Of a stretch of 43,494 nucleotides of DNA, positions 18,201 through 26,916 are shown piece by piece. Location of the stretch: the NCBI GenBank assembly GCA_002733355.1, contig NVVN01000005.1:66104-109597 (forward strand), written 5' to 3'. This DNA is from Sulfurovum sp. (GTDB lineage Bacteria > Campylobacterota > Campylobacteria > Campylobacterales > Sulfurovaceae). The notes below the pieces were generated by a model that searched no databases, was not told the origin of the DNA, and worked only from the letters and a program-made list of their open reading frames with translations. The position numbers were made by a program, and so were the translations under genes. The stretch's first letter is position 1; every line of letters starts with the position of its first letter.

Positions 18201-18305
18201 TACAGGTATATCTTTATAAGCTTTATAACCAAATCCGGAGATAGCTATAAATAAAGCAAGCACGAGAAATTTATACTGAATGAGTATACTAAAAAAACGA
18301 TTCAT
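15258..18305 (-). CDS. CusA/CzcA family heavy-metal efflux RND permease (system 2)
   Basis: PVDAFPDI, AIAIGMIVDGTIVVVEN, ILNGIVL and RLRPVLMTA; 1015 aa. Confidence 0.95.
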   Translation of the reverse strand: MNRFFSILIQYKFLVLALFIAISGFGYKAYKDIPVDAFPDITPKQVVIYTESSGNSAEDIEKLITYPIEAAMSGLPGVKMILSNSIFGLSYVSIFFEDEYDTYLLRQLVTERLNTVDIPKGWGVPVMGPNTTGLGQVLWYALKDENKKYTPSALRQMHEYTVTPLLKSVDGVEEVISWGGYEKQYEVLIDSKRLQNVDVTYNEIILALERSNQSVGGQYLEFNREQYLIRGAGLYKDMDDIRNTVIRTKNAKAVTINDVATVQEGKAPRFGAVSVDGKERVFGMVLQRSGTNAAKVVELIKAKMPLVNASLPKGVSLDIIYDRTEITHKAVSTMTSALTTGSILVAIVLFLFLFELRSAFIVILSLPVSLLIAFLLMQEYGISANLMSLSGLAIAIGMIVDGTIVVVENSFRLLQENPEASRSEVISDATAEVAKPVLFALLIIATVFIPLLSLEGLAGKLYTPMALDIVFVMLGSLAVALLLVPVLSFMLLKPATMTSPLMTAIKTFYTPMLIFSLKHAKKLVAVTFLIFFLLAGLLSQQGREFMPKLNEETIMYRVIAIPGTALTQNVENAQAIENFLLKTYPDEVLSVLSMIGRSEKGETAQANYMEVLLTLNPEFTEIPRLDKEMTAKLKEKFNYLQFISTQPIAMRIEELLEGVSAELAVKIYGEDQKVMSEIATGISATVQGIEGLSHAEVETQLGQAQINIKPNYLALSRYGLTVEDIMQVIRYGIGEEAVTQKIEGVKRFGIVAKLANAKQDINTLKSLILRSSSGKVVSLDEVCDISTIQGPAFIKRANLSRYMVLSMEVEGRDIATFVEEADEKIRKNVKIPDGYYFTWAGDFKNMQEATETLVMIIPITLLLILLLLYTAFNSFKKAFLILLGVPLGLMGGIVALLVADIYLSVSAIVGFIAIFAIAILNGIVLVSFIDELRKKFPTVKTVVLVKDATLLRLRPVLMTAFTTLFGILPLLFASGVGSEIQYPLSVVVTGGIISSTILTLLVLPGLYVLFFSKKE

Positions 18306-18314
18306 ATTATACTC

Positions 18315-19514
18315 CTAGTGACCATGCTCGCCAAGAGAAGACTTGAGCAGCATTGACTTCACAAAGTAAACTCCATCACTCACATACTCTTCATCTACTT
18401 TAAGACCTTTAATTGCTACATAGTCACCCACATAGGCAATAATTTCAATCACTTGTGCTTCGTAAGGTGCTTCCTCTTCTTCATGTTCATCGTGTTTACC
18501 TTCACCGTGAGTATCTTCATCTTTATCATTTCCTTTCTCGGCTTTGTGCGCATCATGGTCATGCTCATCATGTTCTGACTTTTCTTTTTCGTGATCATGA
18601 TCAGACTTTTCTTCATGGTGTCCAGCCTCTTCATGTTCTTTTTCTGTAAAAACAACCCATTCTCCCTTGTAAAGTGTGATGGCAGATTTTTTAACCATAA
18701 CCACATTTTTTGTAGGAGCAAGAGAAATATCTATCTCTGTAAATGCACCTAAAAGAAGATTTGATGGACTATTTTCTATTTGAAAAAGTACCTTAGCACG
18801 CTGTGTCTCAGGGTCAATGTTTGGTAAAAGTTGCATAAAAGAGGCATCATAACTTTTACCTAAAAGATTGATATAACCTTTTGTATCTTTAGATACATGC
18901 AATGCATGCTTGGTTGAGAGATACGCTGTAGCATAGTAAGTATTTTGATTTACCAATGTAACTAAAGGTGTCTGGGCACCTACATTTGTATGCAATGGTG
19001 CAAGGATGTTACCTACAGTTCCATCTGCATGAGCATAGAGTATAAATTGATCTGTTGCGGCTGTAAGTGATTTTGGCTTTAAGCCTAAAGAGTTCAACTG
19101 TGAAGCCAAAGTATTTAGTTGACTACGTATATTTTCTAAAGCAATAATGGCATTACTCACATCATTTTGTGAAGCTATACCTTTTTTATGTAAAGTCTTT
19201 GCTGTATTTTTCTGTGTTTTGGCAGCTTTTAGTTGTTTAACCAGTGCTAAATATTCTGCAGTCATTTTTGAAAGTTCTATGGACTCTATGAGTACAACTT
19301 TATCATCTTTAGAAACATGTTGTCCAGGTTTTACATAATAGGCTTCCAAATGTCCAGAGAGACGTGAAACAATGGTTTGTTTTTGGTCTGAGAGTTGTGT
19401 AATTTGAGCGTTTGTTTTGATAATCTTACCTAATGGTTTAAGTTCTGCATGTTCCATCTTTATAGCAGAAGAGAAGCCCAAAAGGGGTAAAAGTAAAAGT
19501 AAATATTTAGTCAT
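18315..19514 (-). CDS. RND periplasmic adaptor with a His/acid-rich insert, system 2
   Basis: Signal peptide, SRLSGHLEAYYVKPGQHV, IDPETQRAKV; ~60-aa His/Glu/Asp/Lys insert near the C-terminus; ends GEHGH. Confidence 0.92.
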   Translation of the reverse strand: MTKYLLLLLPLLGFSSAIKMEHAELKPLGKIIKTNAQITQLSDQKQTIVSRLSGHLEAYYVKPGQHVSKDDKVVLIESIELSKMTAEYLALVKQLKAAKTQKNTAKTLHKKGIASQNDVSNAIIALENIRSQLNTLASQLNSLGLKPKSLTAATDQFILYAHADGTVGNILAPLHTNVGAQTPLVTLVNQNTYYATAYLSTKHALHVSKDTKGYINLLGKSYDASFMQLLPNIDPETQRAKVLFQIENSPSNLLLGAFTEIDISLAPTKNVVMVKKSAITLYKGEWVVFTEKEHEEAGHHEEKSDHDHEKEKSEHDEHDHDAHKAEKGNDKDEDTHGEGKHDEHEEEEAPYEAQVIEIIAYVGDYVAIKGLKVDEEYVSDGVYFVKSMLLKSSLGEHGH

Positions 19515-20682
19515 TGTAGTCTCCTTGAATGAAACGTAATTCTATTTTTTGATTGTTAATCATTTTTTGTGTTTGTAGCAATGTTTTTCGTGTTTGTATG
19601 AGTTTATTTTTAGTATTCATCATCACAAATATCGAACCCTGTGCTATTCTGTAGCCCTCTTGAAGTAAATCATTAAGTAATTGCTGCTCTTTTTTAAGAG
19701 TTTTGAGGCTGTAGTATTGATTGTTTAGCTCTTTAAGAGATACTTTTATCATCTGTTTTTGTGTATAAAGATCTATAGACAATTGTTCATTATCAAGTAA
19801 GAGCTGTTGTTTTTGTAATTTTGCCAACATCTTCTCTTCTGATTTGTCATTAAAAATAGGAAGAGGGATTGAAACACCCAGTCTGATAATAGACTGATCT
19901 GGCTCATTCTCTATACTGCTATACACACTATAACTGTTGATACTGCTCTCATTCATACGAATTTGACTATCCAAAATTTTTGCTTTGGCTGCAAGTATCT
20001 GTTGTTTTGAATTACTTTTACTACTACTTTTAACCATAGAAGAGACAGGATAGATAAAACTTTTTACTAAACTAACTTTTTTTGTCAATCCTGCAATGGC
20101 TAAAAGTTGATAATATAAACTGTTCATTTGTTGTTTTGTTGTAAACATTTGTGACTTAAGTGAGATGGTGTTCGTTTTCGCCTGCAAATAAGATATCTTG
20201 TTTTCAGAGCCACTTTCATAACGTTCTTCTACTATACTTGTAACTTTGGTAGAGAGTTTATATTCCTCTTTTAAAAGTAAAAGTAACTTACTTTGATACA
20301 CATATTCAGTATAAAGTACTTCAAGTGTTCGTATATATCCTGCTTTTCCATCTTTTACGTAAGCTTGCTGAAGTAATGTATTTGCATTTGCCTGATCTTC
20401 CAATCCACCATAGTAGTTAAATGTACGTATATTTTGAGTAATACTGGCAGCATACTGAAAACTTGAATTTAAAGTATCTGGGTTAAAACGCGATGCTTCA
20501 AGCCCTAGCATGGGGTTTTTTGAGCGTAGAAGTATTTTGTTTTTTTCTTGTATTGTTTGTATCGAAAGTGCTTGACTTTGAAGTACTTTCGCATTTTTTT
20601 GTGTATATTTTTTGAACTGTTCATAACTCATTCCAAAAGCAGTTATAGATAAGCCCAAAAAAAATATAAATATTTTTTTCAT
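19507..20682 (-). CDS. TolC/CzcC family outer-membrane efflux protein, system 2
   Basis: Signal peptide, ERYESGSENKISYLQAK and LGVSIPLPIF OMF motifs. Confidence 0.9.
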   Translation of the reverse strand: MKKIFIFFLGLSITAFGMSYEQFKKYTQKNAKVLQSQALSIQTIQEKNKILLRSKNPMLGLEASRFNPDTLNSSFQYAASITQNIRTFNYYGGLEDQANANTLLQQAYVKDGKAGYIRTLEVLYTEYVYQSKLLLLLKEEYKLSTKVTSIVEERYESGSENKISYLQAKTNTISLKSQMFTTKQQMNSLYYQLLAIAGLTKKVSLVKSFIYPVSSMVKSSSKSNSKQQILAAKAKILDSQIRMNESSINSYSVYSSIENEPDQSIIRLGVSIPLPIFNDKSEEKMLAKLQKQQLLLDNEQLSIDLYTQKQMIKVSLKELNNQYYSLKTLKKEQQLLNDLLQEGYRIAQGSIFVMMNTKNKLIQTRKTLLQTQKMINNQKIELRFIQGDYND

Positions 20683-20748
20683 ACGGATTCCTGTAATTTA
20701 ATATTGTAGATTTGTGCTCTATAGAGAGCTAGGGTGTGGTGACGCGTT

Positions 20749-21054
20749 TTAAGCTATAGGGGGTTTAATGTTTGTCTCTTGAAATGGAGGGGTATAACAT
20801 ACTACTTTATGTATAAGTTTTGTTTTACTCATTAATCTATCTGCGCTAAGTAAAGGTGTATCTAAGATTGCCATAAAATGGAAGAAATGATGTATATCAC
20901 ATAAATCACCACACTCAGCTGTATTACTTTGTTCTAATACATATTCATGTACAGATTCATGATGGCACTCATCTCCTACAGCGATGATAGAAGCATGAGC
21001 AATATTAAAAAAAAGTGCACATAACAATATAAAGTATATCAAACCTTTTTTCAA
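20749..21054 (-). CDS. CzcI/DUF2946-like small leader protein, copy 2 (101 aa)
   Basis: TTG start, SD AAAGG; hydrophobic N-terminus, CHHESVH, CGDLCDIHHFFHFMAI, C-terminal YTPPFQETNIKPPIA. Confidence 0.8.
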   Translation of the reverse strand: MKKGLIYFILLCALFFNIAHASIIAVGDECHHESVHEYVLEQSNTAECGDLCDIHHFFHFMAILDTPLLSADRLMSKTKLIHKVVCYTPPFQETNIKPPIA

Positions 21055-21055
21055 T

Positions 21056-21075
21056 ACATTGCCTTTTATAATTTG
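21056..21075. repeat. 20-bp exact direct repeat, copy 2
   Basis: Identical to 4803-4822; on the minus strand it is the 5' UTR/RBS of leader ORF 2. Confidence 0.9.
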
Positions 21076-21109
21076 CGTAAGTGTAGCCTATTATATTAAA
21101 TAAGTAAAG

Positions 21110-22015
21110 TTATCGTCTAAAAGTTACTTTATTCAAATCACATACATAACTATCTATAGCATGTTCCATCTGTATAGTAATATGCTCTATTTTGTAGTTA
21201 TCATGTAAAAAACCTTGAACTTCATCTAAAAATTCATTGTCTATCTTTTTATTGTTACTGACTAGATGGACACTAAAAGCAATTTCTGTAGTACTAAGTG
21301 CCCACACATGTAAAGCATGTATTTCTTTAATATTTGGAAGATTTAAAAGATACTCTTTAATTTCTTCCATATCTATATCCTTAGGTACTGCATCCATTGC
21401 TAAATTCACAGAATCACGGAAAAGTCCCCAAGTACCTAGAAGAATGACTAAGACAATAAGTAAACTAAGTACAGGATCTAACCAAAGCCAACCTGTATAC
21501 ATAATGACGATACCCGCAATAACAACACCCAATGATACACCGGCATCTGCTGCCATATGTAAGTATGCTCCTCTAATATTCAAGTCATCTTTTTGACCAT
21601 CCATAAATAGCAAGGCTGTAATAGTGTTAATAACTACTCCTATACCTGCCACAATGATGACAATTAATCCATCAACAGGTTGTGGGTCTGCAAAACGTCC
21701 TATTGCCTCCCAAGCTATAGCACCAAGTGCAATAAGAAGTAAGATAGAAGAGGTTAGTGAGGCTAAAATAGTTACTTTTTTAAGCCCATAAGTGCGTTTT
21801 AATGATGGATCCTTCTTTGCTAAGTAAAAAGCACCCCAAGCCAAGATAAGACTTACTACATCACTTAGATTATGCCCAGCATCTGCAATAAGTGCCAACG
21901 AATCAGCCATTACCCCATAAGCAGCCTCTATAATGACGAAGATAATATTAAGTGTTATTCCTATTGAGAAAGCTTTATTATAATTTTTTACTTCATGACT
22001 ATGGTCGTGTCCCAT
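21110..22015 (-). CDS. czcD: Cation diffusion facilitator (CzcD/ZitB-like Zn/Co/Cd exporter)
   Basis: N-terminal MGHDHSH, SLALIADAGHNLSD (HxxxD), NIRGAYLHMAAD, LHVWALS, HITIQME. Confidence 0.92.
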   Translation of the reverse strand: MGHDHSHEVKNYNKAFSIGITLNIIFVIIEAAYGVMADSLALIADAGHNLSDVVSLILAWGAFYLAKKDPSLKRTYGLKKVTILASLTSSILLLIALGAIAWEAIGRFADPQPVDGLIVIIVAGIGVVINTITALLFMDGQKDDLNIRGAYLHMAADAGVSLGVVIAGIVIMYTGWLWLDPVLSLLIVLVILLGTWGLFRDSVNLAMDAVPKDIDMEEIKEYLLNLPNIKEIHALHVWALSTTEIAFSVHLVSNNKKIDNEFLDEVQGFLHDNYKIEHITIQMEHAIDSYVCDLNKVTFRR

Positions 22016-22040
22016 ATTTTACCTTTATGTTTCTATAGAG

Positions 22041-22109
22041 TTATGAACAACAGCTCGAACCGCTGCAACTATCTTTCTTTTCAAAATAGGGCTTTGCCAT
22101 AAAAACAAT
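22041..22109 (-). pseudogene. Cys-rich short ORF or orphan 3' gene remnant (IVF-MAKPYFEKKDSCSGSSCCS*)
   Basis: ATG 22100 to TAA 22041; frame closed upstream by TAG at 22110-22112; no close SD; ends 25 nt before czcD. Confidence 0.5.
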
Positions 22110-22159
22110 CTAGAACCTTGGTATATATTTTTTTTCGATAATACCATATCTATTTGATA

Positions 22160-23044
22160 TTAACAAGCACTACAAAAAAGGGGTGTTTTGTTTTTTTCAT
22201 GCCAATGGAGTATGTTTTCCCATGCTTCCTCTGAGGTATCAACATAAGTCAAAATATCAAGATCATTTGTTTCAATAACATCTTCTTCCTCTAAGAACTC
22301 AAAATTAATGACATTCTCCCAATACTTTTTTCCAAGTAGTATGATAGGGATTGCCGGACTTTTATTTGTTTGTATGAGGGTCAAAATATCAAAAAGTTCA
22401 TCCAGTGTTCCAAAACCACCAGGAAAAATAACCAAAGCTTTCGCCCTTTGCATAAAATGTAGTTTACGTATAGCAAAATAACGAAATTGAAAACAAAGCT
22501 CTGGTGTAATGTATGGATTTGGAAATTGTTCATGGGCTAGTTCTATATTGAGACCTATAGATTTTGCACCGACATCCATAGCACCGCGGTTCGCAGCTTC
22601 CATGATACCTGGACCTCCACCTGTCATAAGTGTAACATGACAGTCACTTGGACTTTCACCACTTTTTCCTACCAATTTACCAAATTTACGTGCTTCATCA
22701 TAATATATACTTTTATGCAGCAAACTTTCTGCTTTTTTAAGTCCTTTTAAATATAAGGGATTCTGCGGAGACCCCTCCAGCTTTTTTTCCGCTTTTTTTA
22801 AATTTTTAATAGCTTCATCAAATTCTACAATACGGGCACTTCCAAAAACAACAACGGTGTGCTGTATACCTTGTTCACGCATTTTAACTTCGGCTTTAAG
22901 ATAGTCAAGTTGGAGTCTTACTCCTCGGGCATCATCAGAATATAAAAATATTTTATCATCTTCTGCAACTTTAAAAGCAGGAGCATCAATAATCGTTTTA
23001 ATATGTTCTAAGGTTTTAGAATTTTGTTTAGACTCTTTTTTCAT
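22160..23044 (-). CDS. LOG family (TIGR00730) nucleotide phosphoribohydrolase
   Basis: VFGSAR, TGGGPGIMEAANRGA, GLNI, PGGFGTLDE; SD AAGGAG favours ATG 23044. Confidence 0.9.
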   Translation of the reverse strand: MKKESKQNSKTLEHIKTIIDAPAFKVAEDDKIFLYSDDARGVRLQLDYLKAEVKMREQGIQHTVVVFGSARIVEFDEAIKNLKKAEKKLEGSPQNPLYLKGLKKAESLLHKSIYYDEARKFGKLVGKSGESPSDCHVTLMTGGGPGIMEAANRGAMDVGAKSIGLNIELAHEQFPNPYITPELCFQFRYFAIRKLHFMQRAKALVIFPGGFGTLDELFDILTLIQTNKSPAIPIILLGKKYWENVINFEFLEEEDVIETNDLDILTYVDTSEEAWENILHWHEKNKTPLFCSAC

Positions 23045-23142
23045 TATCAATCTCCTTATAAATATTATACATATTTTTTTATCTTTTATACAGTGTGCAA
23101 TATAATGTTATAATTTTTATACAAACTCTAAAGAGGAAAGAT

Positions 23143-24093
23143 ATGAAGAATATAGCTATCGTATGCTCAGGTGGTGATGTATCAGGTATGAATGCGGCAC
23201 TCAAACGGTTTGTCGAATATAGTATAGCCAAAGGCCTTACGCCGTATTTTGTGCAAAATGGATATGAAGGGCTCATAGACAACAATATAATCAAAGCCAA
23301 ATACAGTGATGTAGCAGGTATTATCTCAAAAGGTGGAACCAAGATACAAACATCACGCTCAAAACGATTTCTTGAAAAGCACTATCGAATACAGGCCATT
23401 AAGAATTTAAAATCACATAATATTTCATATCTTATTGTTCTTGGTGGAGACGGTTCCTTTAAAGGAATGCAAAAACTCTCCAATGAGTGTAACAACATAT
23501 CATTTTCCGGTATTCCTGCTACTATAGACAATGACATCGCAGGTACCCAATACTGTCTAGGTGTTGATACTGCACTCAATGTCATAAAGTATGCTATAGA
23601 TGCCATTCGCGATACTGCCTCTTCATTTGAGCGTGCTTTTGTTGTAGAGACTATGGGAAGAGAGTGTGGCTATCTTGCTTTAGTCTCAGCCATCACTTCA
23701 GGCGCTGAGATGTGTTTAATACCAGAGATACCCTATCAACTAGACCACCATAAAGCATCTTTTAAAAAACAGATAAATAAAGGTAGAAATTATTTTATCG
23801 CAGTTGTTTCTGAAGCGTTAGACAAATCAGAAGAAGTTTCTAAGTGGTTTGAAGAAGAACTTGGTGTAGAGTCCCGCATCACAGTATTGGGTCATATTCA
23901 ACGAGGTGGAAATACAAGTGTACATGACAGACTTATGGCTTTTAAATTTGTTACACATGCCATAGACGGTTTGCTAGACGGAAAAGAGTGCTCTGTAATA
24001 TGTTACAGTGATTGTAGATTTAAACATAAAAAGATAGAAGATGTGGCTTTTAAGAAGTATTACATTGACCCCGATTTGTTAGATTTAGTATAA
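23143..24093 (+). CDS. pfkA: ATP-dependent 6-phosphofructokinase
   Basis: SGGDVSGMNAA, GGDGS (Gly type, i.e. ATP-dependent), PATIDND, ETMGR, LGHIQRGG; SD GAGGA before ATG 23143. Confidence 0.93.
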   Translation: MKNIAIVCSGGDVSGMNAALKRFVEYSIAKGLTPYFVQNGYEGLIDNNIIKAKYSDVAGIISKGGTKIQTSRSKRFLEKHYRIQAIKNLKSHNISYLIVLGGDGSFKGMQKLSNECNNISFSGIPATIDNDIAGTQYCLGVDTALNVIKYAIDAIRDTASSFERAFVVETMGRECGYLALVSAITSGAEMCLIPEIPYQLDHHKASFKKQINKGRNYFIAVVSEALDKSEEVSKWFEEELGVESRITVLGHIQRGGNTSVHDRLMAFKFVTHAIDGLLDGKECSVICYSDCRFKHKKIEDVAFKKYYIDPDLLDLV

Positions 24094-24174
24094 TCAATAG
24101 CATAATAAAAATTTATAGAAAGTCGTAAATTATTATACTAATCACTTGTCAGAAAAAAATGAAAGGTCTTAAAA

Positions 24175-26885
24175 ATGAAAGATCATGAAGATTTAAAATT
24201 AAAAAAATGGCATAATGAGAAAATAGAATCAGTTTTTAACTTCCTTAAGACAAAAGAGGGTGGTCTTTCAGAAACAGAGGTAAAGTCAAGACAAAAAATT
24301 ATGGCTTAAATAAGCTTCCAGAGATACAAAATCACAATCTCTTTATTCGTTTTATATATCAATTCCATAATATCTTAATATATGTATTACTCGCAGCCTC
24401 AATAATTACAGCCATGTTGGGTCACTTAATTGACTCAGGAGTTATTTTTGCTGTCATTATTCTTAATGCAGTTATAGGCTTTATACAAGAAGGAAAAGCT
24501 GAAAATGCTTTAAAAGAGATACAACATATGCTCTCTTTGCATGCTACTGTAATCCGTGATTCTCGACACAAAAAAATAGATGCTCAAGAATTGATACCTG
24601 GAGATATTGTTCTCTTACAATCAGGAGATAAAATTCCAGCAGATTTAAGATTATTTCATGTAAAAGGTCTTCAGGTTCAGGAGTCTGCACTTACGGGTGA
24701 ATCCATAGCTGTTGAAAAGTATATAGATTCTGTGCCACAAGAGAGCGTGATAGGTGATCGACAATGTATGGCATATTCCGGTACGATTGTTACACATGGT
24801 AAAGGCAGCGGAATTGTGACTGCAACGGGGGCAAATACAGAAATAGGTCGTATCAGCACACTTGTCTCAGAAGTGGAATCTGTGACAACCCCGTTATTGC
24901 GCCAAATGGCTCAATTTGGACGTTGGCTTACATTTGCCATACTCATTGTAGCTATTATAACTTTTATTTTTGGCATATTGATTAGGGAATATACCGCTTC
25001 TGAAATGTTCCTTGTAGCAGTAAGCTTAGCTGTTGCTGCAATTCCCGAGGGATTACCCGCTATTATGACTATAACACTGGCTCTTGGTGTACAACGCATG
25101 GCAAGTCGTAATGCGATAATCAGAAAGTTACCTGCAGTTGAAACATTAGGTGCGGTTTCTGTTATTTGCTCAGATAAAACAGGTACTCTGACACGTAATG
25201 AAATGACTGTTCGTGCAATTACAACTATGACCAATACCTATGAACTTAGTGGTACTGGATATAATCCTCATGGTAAAATAACTTTAGCTAAAAATGACAT
25301 TACGATAGAAGAAAATATACTTTTAGAAAAATTAAGTAGAGCGCTAATACTTTGTAATGATGCTAAAATAGATGAGAAAAATTCTGAATGGTCTGTACAT
25401 GGTGACCCCATGGAAGGCGCACTACTTATAGCTGCTTTAAAGATGGGGCTACATATAGATACAGAAACAGAACTTTATCCACGTACAGATTTTATTCCCT
25501 TTGAATCAGAACACCGGTTTATGGCAACACTTCATCATAATCAATCTTCTGAAAATTATATCTTTATTAAAGGTGCTCCTGAACAGATTTTAGAGATGTG
25601 TATATCCCAAGAAGATCTCAATGATACGACACAACCTTTAGATAAAGATTACTGGAAAAATTCTATAGAAAAGTTGGCTGAAAAGGGTCAACGTATATTG
25701 GCTATTGCCTATAAACGAACAAATAGTCAACAGATGAAACTTGAATTTGATGATGTTACAAGTGACTTAACTATTTTAGGTATCTTGGGTTTAATTGATC
25801 CTCCTAGGGAAGAAGCAATAGATGCTATTTCTGTATGTCATAAAGCAGGGATTAGTGTTAAAATGATTACAGGAGATCATGGTCTGACAGCACGTGCAAT
25901 TGCAAAAAGGTTAAAACTTAATAATACAAAAGATGTATTGACCGGTATAGAATTAGAGTCAATGAGTGATACTGAGTTACAAGATTGTGTCTTAGATATT
26001 GATATTTATGCTCGGGTAAACCCTGAGCATAAACTGCGCTTGGTAAAGCAATTGCAAAAACATGGTCTGATTGTTGCTATGACAGGTGATGGCGTGAATG
26101 ATGCTCCAGCTTTAAAGCGTGCTGACGTCGGTACGGCTATGGGTCATAATGGAACAGAGGCCGCGAAAGAAGCCGCAGAAATGGTTTTGGTAGATGATAA
26201 TTTTGCTTCTATTACTCATGCTGTTGAAGAAGGTCGTACTGTCTACGATAATATTAAAAAAGCAATTTTATTTATTCTCCCAACAAATGGTGGAGAAGCA
26301 TTAATTATTCTTGCTGCTATTGCATTTGGTTTTGAACAAATGCCGTTGACACCTGTACAAATACTTTGGGTAAATATGGTAACTGCTGTGACTTTAGCCC
26401 TGTCCTTAGCATTTGAACCCTCTGAAAAAAATATTATGAGTAGATGTCCTCGTGAAGAGAAAGAACCTATACTCACAACATATCTCATCTGGCGTGTTGC
26501 CTATGTCTCTATCATATTGATGGGTGGCACATTTGGACTTTTTATGTGGGAGATGTCACAAGGTACGAGTATTGAGTATGCTAGAACTGTGGCTGTAAAT
26601 ACACTTATAATGTTTGAAATTTTTTATTTATTTAATTCTCGTTATATAACAAACTCTGTTTTAAATTGGGATGGGATAACAGGCAATCGCTATGTATTAA
26701 TCGCTATTGGTATATTGATTATACTACAGCTTTGTTTTACCTATCTATCACCTATGCAACATCTTTTTGGTACAACAGGTATTTCTTTCTTAGTATGGTT
26801 TCACATAACACTGGTTGCTTCTTCTGCACTGTTTCTTGTTGAACTTGAAAAGTATATAGTACTATATAGACAGAAAGTAAAGTGA
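24175..26885 (+). pseudogene. Type II cation-transporting P-type ATPase (PacL/CtpF-like) with a 1-bp frameshift near the 5' end
   Basis: TGES, PEGL, DKTGTLT, TGD, GDGVNDAP. The N-terminal domain (KWH...GLSETEVKSRQK) starts at ATG 24175 with SD AAAGG but stops at 24309; the family continuation YGLNKLP starts at 24300 in another frame, right after an A6 run. Confidence 0.85.
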
Positions 26886-26916
26886 TTTTTTATACTACTT
26901 CACCCTTTCTTTATAT

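Noticed and set aside
18470-18721. Alternative-frame ORFs and apparent repeats in the His-rich region
   Set aside because: Explained by the low-complexity coding insert of the adaptor; no regular repeat unit or CRISPR-like spacing.
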